From contig NC_073391.1 of the NCBI RefSeq assembly GCF_028641065.1, positions 5,580,001 to 5,644,000 on the forward strand: a stretch of DNA of 64,000 nt. The letters run 5' to 3'. This stretch comes from Leucoraja erinacea (taxonomy: Eukaryota). Shown piece by piece: positions 13,325 to 26,029 of the stretch (positions within the stretch are counted from its first letter, which is position 1; each line of letters opens with the position of its first letter). The position numbers were made by a program, and so were the translations under genes. Under the pieces are notes generated by a model that searched no databases, was not told where the DNA came from, and saw nothing but the letters and a program-made list of their open reading frames with translations.

Positions 13325-14304
13325 AATCATGGTAGTTGCTAGTGGAGCTGCAACAGACTGCTATTATTTTTTTTAGTGACGAGTTTAACTAGCTTTGGAA
13401 GACTAATGAAGCCATTCACAAGCATTTCCTGTTCAAGCTGCTGGCTCATCTTTCGATACTTAATATTGTTTTTTTATTATCAGTGCATTGTTCACTGAAT
13501 GGAAGGAATGCCAGAGCAATCCCAGAGCTGCCTGGTTCTGTAGTTTAGTATTTAACACCAAGGTAATGTACTATTTATCATGGCTGGGAGAGCAATTGCG
13601 ACATAAGCATTAACGTTTGGGAGGTATAAGGAGGCCACATTATACTCTGGTGACAGCCCATAATGGAAATCTTGAGGATATTACAATTCTGACAGCCAGA
13701 CCTTGTTCACTGTTTTCTCCACAAGCTGTCCTGCAGCAGCAGGCTGCAAACCATGCTACCGAAACTCACGCTGTTCCCTAGAAACATCTACAAAATTCAT
13801 TCATGACTCCTCGTATTGGCATCGGTCTTCATTTGTTCTGTTCTATCAGTGGAGTCTCTTGACCCATGGAGGCTGTTGTTACTTCTTGTAAATTACTATT
13901 CATCCAAAAATGAATTCCTTCTTGGGAAAGGCATAACGTGCACCAGTAACAGGGATACAAGTCAGAAGGAAGGAAACTGGAGGTTCGTAATTATCCCCGG
14001 AAAGCATTCATTATAATGCCACTTGGATCTCAGTGAAATAAAAATCAAACTAAAAAATGAGGTAAGACCCAAAAAGCTGGAGTAACTCAGCGGGTCAGAC
14101 AGCATCTCTGGAGAAATAGAATAGGTGACGTTTCGGGTCAATCAAAATAAAAACATGGGAAGAACATATTTAACATAATTAACACTTCTGGAGATGATAT
14201 TTTATCAGATTTCTTTTGAGTAGATCTTAATGATTTGGGGATAATCTTTTTTGTTTTGGTTTTTAGTTGCAAGTTATGAAGCTGATTATACCAGCTTCCT
14301 GTTT

Positions 14305-15185
14305 AAGAAAGAACTGCAGATGCTGGAAAAATCGAAGGTAGACATAAATGCTGGAGAAACTCAGCGGGTGAGGCAGCTTCTATGGAGCAAAGGAATAGGC
14401 GACGTTTTGGGTCAAGACCCTTCTTCAGACTGATGTTGTGGGGGGGGGGAAAGAAAGGAAGAGGCGGGGACAGTAGGCTGTGGGAGAGCTGGGAAGGGGA
14501 GGGAAAGGAGGGAGAGAGCAAGGACTGCCTGAAATTGGAGGTCAATGTTCATACCGCTGGGGTGAAAACTACCCAAGCAAAATACGAGGTGCTGCTCCTC
14601 CAATATGTGGTGGGACTCATTCTGGCCATGGAGGAGACCCCGAGCAGAAAGGTCGGATTCGGAATGGGAGGGGGAGTTGAAGTGCTGAGCCACCGGGAGA
14701 TCAGGTTGGTTAATGTGAACTGAGTGGGTGTGATGGATGAAGTGATCGCCAAGCCTGCGCTTGGTCTCACCGACGTAGAGCAGTTGACACCTGGAAAAGC
14801 GAATGCAATAGATGAAGTTGAAGGAGGTGCAGGTGAACCTCTGCCTCACCTGGAAAGACTGCTTGGGTCCTTGGATGGGGTCAAAGGGGGAGGTAAAGCG
14901 ACAAGTGTAGCATTTTCTGCGGTTGCAAGGAAAAGTACCAGGGGAGGGGGTGGTTTGGGTGGGAAGGGACAAATTGACCAGGGAGCTACAGAGGGAGCGG
15001 TCTCTGTGGAAAGCCTAAAGGGAAGGAGATGGGAAGATGTGGTCATGGTGGAATCCCATTGGAGGTGGTGAAAATGTCAGAGGATTATGTGCTTATGTGA
15101 CGGCTGGTAGGGTGGATGGTGAGGAGAAGGGGGACTCTTGTCCTCATTACGAGTGGGGGGATGAGGAGTGAGCGGGATATAGAGG
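14305..15185 (-). mobile_element. Penelope-like element 3' part: GIY-YIG endonuclease and pseudo-LTR
   Basis: PGTFPCNRRKCYTC..FTCTSFNFIYCIRFSRCQLLYVGETKRRL..VAQHFN, a GIY-YIG domain with a Cys-rich linker as in Neptune-type PLEs; followed by the hammerhead-like motif at about 14400-14431. Confidence 0.9.
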
Positions 15186-15226
15186 AGCGGGATATACCTA
15201 GCTGGTTTGTTGCTGGGCAAACCTTA

Positions 15227-15469
15227 AGGCCTGTCCCACTTGGGCGTCATTTGCACATCACGCAGTTGGCTTGCGAAGATTGTGTGAATCCCAAAATCCT
15301 TGGGCGCTGTGCGCGACCGCACATCACTGCTTACTCCCCCCCGCCTCACCACGCGCCATGCACGCATAATGCATGCCATGCGCAAGTCACAACGTGCATG
15401 TCGTGCATCGTGACGTGTAAATGATGTCGCATAAATGACACGCAAATGACGCCCTATGGGACAGGCCCT
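15227..15469. mobile_element. PIF/Harbinger-type MITE, family B
   Basis: TIRs aggcctgtcccacttgggcgtcatttgc / gcaaatgacgccctatgggacaggccct; TTA on both sides. Confidence 0.8.
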
Positions 15470-15559
15470 TTAGATTCTCTTGAAATGCCGTACAGGCATC
15501 ATTCATGTCCTATTTGACTGTATTCACAAGACACACTTTTGTCTCTGAGACACATCAGT

Positions 15560-16560
15560 CATAGATAGAGTCATAGTCATACAGTGTGGAAATTGGCCCT
15601 TTGGCCCAACTTGCCCACATTGGCCAACATGTCCCAGCCATACTAGTCCTACCTGCCTGCTCACTGGCCCATATTCCTCTAAACCTGTCCTACCCACGTA
15701 CCTAATTTGTTCTTGAATGGTGTGATAGTCCCTGCCTCAACTACCTCATCTGGCAGCTCGTTCCATACACCCACCACCCTTAATCACATGTGTATAATTG
15801 GGAGTTGATGCCAAGAATAGTTTAATGGGCTAAAATCACAAATTTTTCAACAGACCATCCATCACATCTTGTTGTGCAGGTGGGGTTAAAGTCACAGGCA
15901 CAGATCATGAATATAAGTAATTTAATATTATCATAAAATTAAAGTTATTTTATCATCCACTATTTATTTATTTTCAGCCATCATTACAATAGACAATAGA
16001 CTATAGGTGCAGGAGTAGACCATTCAGCCCTTCAATGTGATCATGGCTGATCATCCCCAATCAGTATACCGTTCCTGCCTTCTCCCGTATCCCCTGACTC
16101 TGCTATTTTTAGAGCCCTATCTAGCTCTCTCTTGAAAGTATCCCTCTGAGGCAGAGAATTCCACAGACTCACCTCTCTCTGTGAGAAAAAGTGTTCCTCA
16201 TCTCCGTTCTAAATGGCTTACTCTTTGTTCTTAATCTGTAGCCCCTGGTTCTCGACTCCCCCAACATCGGGAACATGTTTCCTGCCTCTAGCAGGACCAA
16301 ACCTTAACAATCTTATATGTTTCAATGAGATTGCCTCTCATCCTTCTAAACACCAGAGTGTACAAGCCCAGCTGCTCCATCCTCTCAGCAGATGACAGTC
16401 CCGCCATCTCGAGAATTAACCTTGTAAACCTACGCTGCACTCCCTCTATAGCAAGAATGTCCTTCCTCAAATTAGGGGACCAAAACTGCACACAATACTC
16501 CAGGTGTGGTCTCAGTAGGGTCTGTACAACTGCAGAAGGACCTCTTTGCTCCTATATTCG
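15560..16560 (-). mobile_element. Two CR1 3' fragments (about 15560-15780 and 15986-16560)
   Basis: [24 protein letters not shown] on the minus strand; (CTATGACT) and (TATTGTC) tails. Confidence 0.8.
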
Positions 16561-16773
16561 ATTCCTCTTACATTATAAGTTCCTCCATTTTCTCCTTCAC
16601 TGGTGTCTATGTTCACTTTGGCCGTCATGATGCTTTAAGACCAATGAAACATGAAACAGGAGTAGAAGAGTTGAAGTACTGTTTGAACCTGCTCCACCAT
16701 TCTTTAAAACCATGGCTGAGCTGTTCATTTACTTCAACTCACTCGGCAGCTCTGTCCACATAACCCTTGATTG

Positions 16774-19700
16774 TACTTCGGAGTCACGTGAGTGACTACG
16801 TGAAGAGCCCGCTCAGCACGCATGCGCGGCATTGCGTTCAGCAGTGCAACAGCGGCCGCATCGGGAGTCAGGCGCTCCCGCTACAGATTGAAAGAACGGA
16901 CCGTCAGGTAAGTACCCTGAGGTCGGGTTTCTTTCACAGGAGAGCCTTCTGCTTTCTTTTACAGGCAGAGAACAAAGGCTCTTGAACAAACCTGTCCCCC
17001 GCTCGACTCCAACGGAGGAGCGTTCCATCTGGGGGGGGGGGCAGCAACAGGCGGTAGGACCGCTTACCCGGCGCTCCGCCATCCCCGACACCGTGCCGAG
17101 GCCAGTCCCGCTAGCCCCTGAGCAGCGGACTGGTTGTATAGCCACCAGGAAGAGCATCCGGCCGGTGGTTTCCGACTTGTCGGACGGGGACGTCTCACCA
17201 CCCGTTCAGGGGAGAGCCGCATGGAGCGGCTCCTGGAGCAGGTGCTCCAGCGAGACGCGCTGCGTGAGGAGCAGTCTCGCAGGGGGAGTTCAGGCACTCC
17301 CTCCACAGTGCTTTGTGCACTGGCCATCGCTTCCTCCTCACCCGAGGGCAGCTTTGGCGACCAGGACTGGGCTGGTCAGGAAGAGGGGTCGCTGGCTGCA
17401 GAAGTCGGGAGTATGCAAGGGGTGCAGGACCAGGAAGAGCTGCTGGGTGCGGTGGACCGCTACGTGGCAGCCCCATGTGCAGGAAGGCCATTAGAGCCTA
17501 AACTAGCGACCAGCATTAACCACTCCAACAGGCTCTACAGGAGCAGGTGGTTAATGAGGCCTTAGAATTTTACACAGCTCCAAAAAACCTCTCCTAAACA
17601 GCTCCAAAAGTCTCTCAAAGTGCCGGCTGTCAACAACCAAATCTGGGGGCACGTCGGGCCAAATATTCGGAATCAGGAGCTGAAACTGCAGCGGATCCTC
17701 AGGCTCCTGACGTCAGCCATCACATCATTTGCTCATTCTGTGGACAATACGGAGATGACCACAAACCAATTCTCGCACTGTTGTGCAACACGCAGTTCGA
17801 GATAAATAACCTCCATAAAGAAATATAAGACCTGCCCTAAATACAAAATTTGCGGGGTTGTGCAAAACCCCAGCCACTGAGCCAGACACATTGCTCTTTG
17901 GCAAAGACCTCACGAAAAAAGTAAAGGATGTGGAAGAGGCCTCTAAAAAACTTTCGGTCTCATGAGGGCAGGCCTCGGGAGGAGCAAACCCAAAACAACA
18001 ATACCCAAGCGGCTGCACCCCATCGCGTCCACCAGTCAACGTCTATCCTATGGGACTGATGAAAGCTCAGGGTCCGCATATCACCACCTGAAGTCTCTTT
18101 TAGAGCAAGGCCCAGAGCGGACCCCATGGAAAATGCGCCACCCCCAAACATCACCGCCACATCAGACAACGCGCAAGACTCGCTGGTCTGGGAAGGGACA
18201 GAAGAAACACCTATAACCATGGAGGTAGGTGGGTCTGGTTCCTACCAGCATATAAAAAGTAGGGGCGCAATACTAACGGGGGAAATTACACCTGTTTAAG
18301 GAAGCATGGGAGTCTATCACGAGTGACAAGTATATACTCAATAGCATTGGTGGATACAAAATACAATTTAAACTAGAAAAATATACACTAAAACTAAAAA
18401 AGATGGTGGATGTCGCATCATCATTGACTTAACTTCACTAAATATGTATGTCAAGTTTTACATTTCAAAATGGAAACGTTTGTTACTGCCAAACAACTGA
18501 TTTCCAAAGGATACTTCATGGCAAGCATTGACCTCAAAGATGCTTAATATTCAGTACCCCTTCACAAGGATCATCGCAGATACCTGAAATTTACCTGGAT
18601 GGGGCAGCTATGGCAGTTTAAAGCATTACCCAATGGCTTAACATCAGCCCCAAGATTATTCACCAAGATACTAAAACCAGCCCTGGCAATATTAAGAAGC
18701 CAAAAACATATGGTCATGGCATATCTTGATGATATCTTATTAGTAGGCAAGACCATGAAATTGGCATATCAGCTGTGTCAGCTAACAAACAATTGTTCGA
18801 AACCTTGGGATTTGTCTTACATCCAGATAAATCTAAGTTGAAGCCATCTTGGTCTACTTGGGCTTCACAGTGAACTCAGCCCACATGTCTGTAACTTTGC
18901 CAAAAGACAAAACAACTGAATTGGCACAATCATGCAACAATTTAATGGTCAACGAGCGACCAACTATTCGACAAGTAGCAAGAGTAATTGGGAAAATGGT
19001 AGCAGCATTTCCGGCTACACAATTTGGACCTTTGCATCAAAACTAACAAAGAGCAAAGGTACAGGCACTAAAATGGCATGCAGGTCATTATGATCGTATC
19101 ATGAAATTACCCACTGAAGCAATATCAGAACTACAGTGGTGGGCAGAAAACGTTTGGCATAGTTTCAGCCCTATCATCATCATTAACCCTACTTTAGTTA
19201 TCCAAACAGGTGCCAGTGCTCAAGGCTGGGGAGCGACTAACTCCATATCCAGCACAGGTGGTAGATGGACTAATCTAGAGTCATCATTACTACTTACACT
19301 GGGCATTAACTATCTAGAGATGTTGGGTGCCTTTTATGGTTTATAAGCATATGCGTCCAATATGCATCACTTGCATGTACGGTTGCAAATATACAATACT
19401 ACGGTGGTGGCCTACATTAACCATATGGGCGGCATAAAATCGATATCATGCAACAAATTGATCAACACAATTTGGCAATGGTGTGTCGAAAGACATATTT
19501 GGCTATCAGCAACTTACCTGCCAGGTAAGCTAAATACAGTGGCAGACACCAGCTCACGCAAATTTAATGACAACACCGAATGGATGTTAAACCCCAAAGT
19601 GTTTGCAAAGATTATTAAGCAATATGGCACGCCAGATATCGACTTATTTGCATTAAGGCTAAATCACCAGATACCTATGTATGTCGCTTGGGAACCAGAC

Positions 19701-21304
19701 CCTGAGGCAGCAGCGGTAGATGCGTTCGCGCTGGATTTGGGAAATTTCTTCTTCTATGCATTTCCTCCCTTCTGCCTCATCAGCCGTGTACTACGCAAAA
19801 TTCAAATAGACCCTGGTTCAGGTATTTTGACAGTTCCCGACTGGCCTACACAGCCATGGTTCCCATTACTCCATGACATCCCTCCGCACATCCACAAGAA
19901 AACAGTACTTGTCCAGCATCAAAAAGTGGGAGAAGTACTGCTTGGATACAGGGACCACCTTCTCAACTGCTACAGTTACCAACGTACTGGAATTCCTGGT
20001 GAACCTTCACCACGATGAAGGACTCAGCTACAGTGCCATCAACACAGCTAGAAGTGCCCTGTCTGTCTATTTAGAACAAGCTCCAGGACAACAGGCCATG
20101 GGGTCCCACCCGCTGATGGTCAAACTAATGAAGGGTATTTACAACTCTAGCCCCCCTAGACCAAGGTACACCCATATATGGGATGTCAGTGTGGTCCTGA
20201 CATACCTCAGGGGATGGCCACCAGCCAGATCCCTCAACTGGAACAATCGATGCTCAAAACACTCATGTTGATGGCACTTGTATCTGCACAGAGGGTCCAG
20301 TCACCACACCTACTGCGACTGGACAACATGATCACAGCTCCAGACCAGATCTCTTTCATTATCCAGGGACTGATCAAACAGAGCAGACCAGGAACACCTA
20401 ATCCAGTCGTGGAATTCCGGGCTTACCCGCCAGAACCACGGTTATGTGCCATGACCCCACCTACTGTCCTACATAGACACAACCAAAAATATTCGAGGGA
20501 GTGAAAAAGCCTTATGGGTCAGTCATAAAAAACCTTATGGTCGGGTGACGAGCCAAACCGTTTCGAGATGGCTCAAGCAGGTGCTAAAAGCTGCTGGGAT
20601 AAACACTAACATGTACAAATCTCACTCCACCAGGGCAGCATCCACGTTGACGGCCAAAAGAATGGACATGCCTATAGACCACATCCTGGTTACAGCAGGA
20701 TGGTCGGGGGAAAGAACTTTCAGAACTTTTTATAATAAGCCGTTGGCAAAACCTACTTTATTTGCAGAAATTTTTTTACAGACTGCAAATATTTAATTTA
20801 AGCCCAGGGGAGCAATTTAATTTCTTTGTTGTTATTGTTAAAAAATACCATTGTGTTTTTCTACAAACAGATTCATTGGTTGATTACGATAACACACTTC
20901 CTCCCTCAAGGACTTCGGCAGTGAGTGAAGTAATAACTGTTACACGGTTTGAAATCACAGAGCTTTAAAGTCTTCACGTAGTCACTCACGTGACTCCGAA
21001 GTAAAATAGTAAGATTAAACGAGAACTTACCAGTTTGAAGTTTGATCTGTATTTTATGAGGAGTTACGATGAGGGATTACATGCCCTCCGCTCCCACCCT
21101 CAATAATATGGGTCAAACTGATAAACTGATGTCTTTTTCTTTACTATGTTTACTTCAATAACTGTCTATCTGTGATTCCACACCGCTGCTTTGAAGTATG
21201 CCGCGCAAGCGTGCTGAGGGGGCTCTTCACGTAATCCCTCATCATAACTCCTCATAAAATACAGATCAAACTTCAAACTGGTAAGTTCTAGTTTAATCTT
21301 ACTA
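16774..21304 (+). mobile_element. DIRS1-type tyrosine-recombinase retrotransposon, both ends intact, ORFs disrupted
   Basis: Inverted LTRs (ctacgtgaagagcccgctcagcacgcatgcgcggcat vs atgccgcgcaagcgtgctgagggggctcttcacgta). Gag-like region about 16980-18220; RT LPNGLTSAPRLF, AYLDD; RNase H ASAQGWG, INYLE, NTTVVAYINHMGG; methylase-like IDLFA..YAFPPF; recombinase HSTRAAS..AGWS..FY. Confidence 0.95.
20971..21080. other. DIRS internal complementary region (ICR)
   Basis: 20971-21003 is the reverse complement of the element's 5' end (16774-16806); 21007-21080 is the near-exact reverse complement of its 3' end (21231-21304); joined by AAA. Confidence 0.93.
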
Positions 21305-21765
21305 TTGTACACTGCACGAAAAACGATCGCAGCCTCAAACATTCTTAATGACTCAGTCATTCGTGGCTGCAATATTAACTGAAGAAATTATTGATCACAG
21401 TTCATTGAATTTATACTGCACAAGGAATACATCTGACGTATCATTTTTAAGCCGGGCAAGGTCTTCAATAGGATCTCGCCAGAACAGCAAATTCTGTTTA
21501 TATGGCACCATGGTGTGGAACCCCCCCCCCCATCCTAAAATGCTTTCCAGAGCTCTGAGGAAAAGCAAACTCAAATCTAATCTATTTCAATCCCTGCTCC
21601 AAGTTCAATCTCCAGGCACAAACTATTAATGACTCTGATACCATTCCTTCCAGGAGCATTACTGAAAAAATGATTTGCATTTAATTATAGAGAATTCAGT
21701 GTTCACTGTACTAGCATATAATCTCACATCCTCAATAATGTAAGGAACATTTCTTATACATTATG

Positions 21766-21857
21766 AAAAAGTTCAGATAACATAATAGTATTTATTTTAT
21801 ATATTTATATATATATAAATATATAAAATAAATATTATTATGTTATCGTAACTTTTT
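21766..21857. repeat. 92-bp AT-rich palindrome
   Basis: Spacerless, centred at 21811/21812; I count 3 mismatched pairs out of 46. A decayed direct copy of the right arm follows at about 21858-21895. Confidence 0.85.
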
Positions 21858-22435
21858 ATATATAAAATAAATGTTATTATGCGATCTTAACCTTTCCTTA
21901 TATATTTTGTATTTGATCAGAAGTCTCACAACTGTATCCTTTGTACAACTACAGTGCCAACTACAGTGCTGTAAAAAACAATGCCTTTTGCAGACTGTTC
22001 AGATTCTGACAGCCCTCCAGAGGGCTGGGAACCAATGATAAAGTAAAGGAAGCACAGGTTGACTTTTTGCATTGTAACCTTGTCATAAGAAATAACATCT
22101 TGAAAAGGTTTAGCATTAGCAATTAGGGTGACTTGATATGGCAGCACTGGCCTCCTGTGTGGGAGATGAGATTTGTCATTTGGAGTGTCCTTACAAAGCC
22201 ATTTCTTACCTAACTATTTTGCAAATAACGTGAGCTGTCAGAAGCCTAAAGGAGAAAAATTGAATTCCACTAGCTTGACAGTAGCTGTAAAAATGTTAAT
22301 CTGAAGGTCATAGGCAGATATCACTTTCTTTATATTTGCGATGTGCTGCTTTATAAATTGGACAATTTTATCTTTGAATAACTGCTTTGTGTTTCTATCA
22401 ATAATTCACTCACACATAATTCCTGCCATTTTCAG

Positions 22436-22735
22436 GGCTTGCTTCTGTTCTGTGATGTTGTGGAGGCCACTATGGAAAAGAGACAGCTACCCAGCAGAAA
22501 ATATGACGCCATGGATCATTTCCAAAAATGCTTTCTGATTCTAAAATTAGACAAAGGACTTGTGGACAAGAGAGACCACAGCCTGGCCTCGGGGTCTGCA
22601 GTGAGACTGACTGATAAGGGAACAGAAGACGAAAACAAGACGATGATTAAAGGCTGGAAGGCTATCCGTGTCGATCTGGTTATTGTGCCTCCTCAGCAGT
22701 TTGCCTACGCATTATTAGGATGGAGTGGTTCGAGA
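22436..22735 (+). CDS. DNTT: TdT (DNA nucleotidylexotransferase) internal exon, equivalent to mammalian exon 9: Loop1, SD1, third catalytic Asp and GW motif
   Basis: Acceptor ttcctgccattttcag|GGC and donor AGA|gtgagt, phase 0/0, 300 nt. Encodes GLLLFCDVVEATMEKRQLPSRKYDAMDHFQKCFLILKL...WKAIRVDLVIVPPQQFAYALLGWSGSR, matching the recalled TdT segment GLLLYYDLVE..PSRKVDALDHFQKCF..WKAIRVDLV..ALLGWTGSR. DHFQK favours TdT over Pol mu (DAFER). RVD Asp codon at 22673-22675. Confidence 0.95.
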
Positions 22736-22929
22736 GTGAGTAGACATCTTGTTAAGTTGCATTTTAAAGCTATAAACAATGAAATAGATACCCATCTCAC
22801 TTTAACCAACAGGACACGTAGACTCATATCACACTCAATAAATCTATTAATGGCTCAGGAAACATATCACATCTCAAGGTTTACTTTGTTCCAGCTAGCT
22901 CCTCACCCTAACTCCTGACACCAAAGTGG

Positions 22930-23177
22930 TTTATGTGTAGGAAGAAACTGCAGATGCTGGTTTAAACCAAAGATAGACACAAAATGCTGGAGTAACTCAG
23001 CGGGACAGGCAGCATCTCTGGAGAGAAGGAATGGGTTACATTTCAGGGCGAGACCCTTCTTCAGACTCATGTCAGGGGAGACCAGTTTGAAGAAGGGTCT
23101 TGAACCAAAATGTCACCCATTCCTTCTCTCCAGAGATGTTGCCAGTCCCGCTGAGTTGCTCCAGCATTTTGTGTCTA
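22930..23177. mobile_element. Palindromic Penelope-derived mini-element
   Basis: Two inverted pseudo-LTR arms; TSD ACCAAAGTGG at 22920-22929 and 23178-23187. Confidence 0.85.
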
Positions 23178-23669
23178 ACCAAAGTGGATGATATTTTTCG
23201 AACCCCTGCACAATGTCAATTTCAACTTGGTCATGAGAGAAGTTGTATGAAGAAAAATCAGGGACAGAATTAACAGCTTGGCTTAGACTGGAGTGAATGA
23301 TGAAAACCAACATGGATTTGTTAAAAGGCAATTCGTGTTGAGCTAACATGATAGAATTTTTGAAAATATTACAGAGAAAATCAATGGCGTAAATATTGTT
23401 GTTGTAGAGTACATGGACTGTCAAAAGGCATTTGATAAGTGGCCACATAATGGACCTGTCATTATCATTGTAGATTGTCGAATAAAAGGGGTTGCAGCAG
23501 CAGGGATAGAAAATGGGCTGATCGGAAATAGAACATAATAGCAACAAGGGGAAGAAAATGAGAAAGCAAGAATAAGCTTAAAGATAAGAAAGTCTACCCT
23601 TGTAGAACTGGTTTTGGGACTGCTCAGTGGATTGCAGAGCAAGGACAGTCAACTGTGGTGTCTCCCAGG

Positions 23670-24118
23670 TCATAGAGTGCAGCTTGCATAGATACAGCAG
23701 CAAACAGGCCCTTCGGCCCAACTTGCCCATACTGGCCAAAATGTCCCAGCTACACTAGTCCCACCTGCTCGCGTATGGTCCATATCCCTTCAAACCTGTC
23801 CTGTCCATGTACCTGTCTGACTGTTTCTTAAAGGGTGGGATAGTTACTGCCTCAACAAACTCCTTAGGCAGCTTGTTCCATGCACCCACCACACTTTGTG
23901 TGAAAAAGTTACCCCTCGGATTCCTATTAAATCGTTTCCACTTCACCTAAAACCTATGTCCTCTGGTCCTCGATTCACCTACACTGAGCAAGAGAGTCTG
24001 TGCATCTACCTGATCTATTCCTCTCATGATTTTACATACCCATATAAGATCACCCCTCATCCTCCTACGCTCCAAGGAGTAGAGTCCCAGCCTATTAAAC
24101 CTCTCCCTATAACTCAGG
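23670..24118 (-). mobile_element. CR1 3' fragment
   Basis: RFNRNPRGNFFTQSVVGAWNKLP. Confidence 0.85.
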
Positions 24119-24119
24119 T

Positions 24120-25550
24120 GTATAGTTTAGTGTAGTTTAGTTTAGTTTATTATCGTAATGTACAAAGATACAGTGAAAAGCTTTTGTTTGAGTGCTATTC
24201 AGTCAAAGAAAGGCTATACATGAATACAGTCAAGTCCTCCACACAGCAGATAAAGGATAAAGGCTGCAACATTTAGAACAAAGATATAACGTTGAAATCC
24301 GAGAAAGGTCTGATTAAAGAGAGTTCAAAGGTCTCCAATGAAATAGATGGGAGGTCAGGACCGCACTCTAGCTGATTAGAAAACCATTCAGTTCCCTGAT
24401 AACAACTGAGAAGAAACCGTCCCTGAATCTGGAGGTATGCCTTTTCAAACTTCTGTACCTATTCCCTGAGTAGATTTGCTGCTGATATTTATACCAAGAA
24501 ACTTGAAGTTTTCGACCATCTCTACTTCGGTGCCATCAACTTAGACTGGGCTGTGTGTACTGCTTCAGTTCCTGAACTCAATCACAATCTCCTTTGTCTT
24601 GCTGACATTGAGGAAGAGGACATTAATTTGTCACCCATCCTCACGGATTGTGGTCCGTGGGTCAGGAAGTCCAGGATCCAGTTGCAGTGGGGAATTCTGA
24701 CTCCGAGTTCCACAAGGTTAGAGAGATATAGAAACATAGAAATTAGGTGCAGGAGTAGGCCATTCGGCCCTTCGAGCCTGCACCGCCATTCAATATGATC
24801 ATGGCTGATCATCCAACTCAGTATCCCGTACCTGCCTTCTCTCCATACCCTCTGATCCCCTTGGCCACAAGGGCCACATCTAACTCCCTCTTAAATATAG
24901 CCAATGAACTGGCCTCGACTACCCTCTGTGGCAGAGAGTTCCAGAGATTCACCACTCTCTGTGTGGAAAAAAGTTCTCCTCATCTCGGTTTTAAAGGATT
25001 TGCCCCTTATCCTTAAGCTGTGACCCCTTGTCCTGGACTTCCCCAACATCGGGAACAATCTTCCTGCATCTAGCCTGTCCAACCCCTTAAGAATTTTATA
25101 AGTTTCTATAAGATCCCCTCTCAATCTCCTAAATTCTAGAGAGTATAAAGCAAGTCTATCCAGTCTTTCTTCATAAGGCAGTCCTGACATCCCAAGAATC
25201 AGTATGGTGAACCTTCTCTGCACTCCCTCTATGGCAATAATGTCCTTCCTCAGATTTGGAGACCAATTCAGATGAGCTTGGATGTGATAATGGTATTGAA
25301 TGCAGAGCTATAATCAATGACTAGGAGTCTGACCCAGGTGTCCTACTTATCCAGGTGTTCTAGAGATGAGTGTAGGGCCAGGGTGGTGGCATCAGCTGCG
25401 GACCTGTTGTGGCGGTAGGCAAACTACAGTGGATGAAGGCTGCTTGGTAGACTGGGGTTAATGAGTGCCCTTACCAACCTCTTGAATGACTCCATTATGG
25501 TGGAGGTAAATACTACTGGACTGTAGTCATTAAGGTGTGAGATTTTGGCT
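24120..25550 (-). mobile_element. Degenerate Rex1/Babar-like LINE interrupted by a CR1
   Basis: CNWILDFLTHGPQSVR; NDYSPV and DYSSAFNT-like segments at 25270-25540; (CTAAA)n tail. Confidence 0.7.
24727..25268 (-). mobile_element. CR1 3' fragment nested in Rex1
   Basis: QRRFT..LYSLEFRRLRGDLIETYKI; TTCTATGT tail; close to 10150-10512. Confidence 0.9.
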
Positions 25551-26029
25551 CAGTATTGGATCACTGTTTTTTTTTTAACATCTATCAATTATTTGGATTT
25601 GACTGTACAGGCACAATTAAAAAAGAATACAAAAAACAGAAAGATAAATGTAACAAATTATGTGGGAGAAAGATACATTTCAATTAAATATGGACAGGCT
25701 GGTGCAATATGAGGGTTGGTGGCAGTAAATTTTAGTGCTGAGAAATGTGAAGGATGTAAAGAGGAAATATAAGTTGGAGGGTCAAACAAAAAAAGGGGTA
25801 CAAGAACAGATACATTCGAGGAGGGGCTGGGGGAGGGGTGGTATACGTGCGCAAGGCATTGAAAATAGGCAGGCAGGTGAAGAAAGTGGTTAAAATGCAT
25901 TATTAAAGACATAAGGTAAAAGAACAAAAACAAATCGTTCTGAACCTTCATAAAAGAAAGTTGATTTGGCCAGAGGTAGAACATTGTAAAGGTCATTGTA
26001 AAGGTTACAATCGTAAAGGTTACCATCGT

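Noticed and set aside
22736-22918. C-terminal extension of ORF 22439-22918
   Set aside because: Read-through past a consensus donor (AGA|gtgagt); TdT similarity resumes at 59403.
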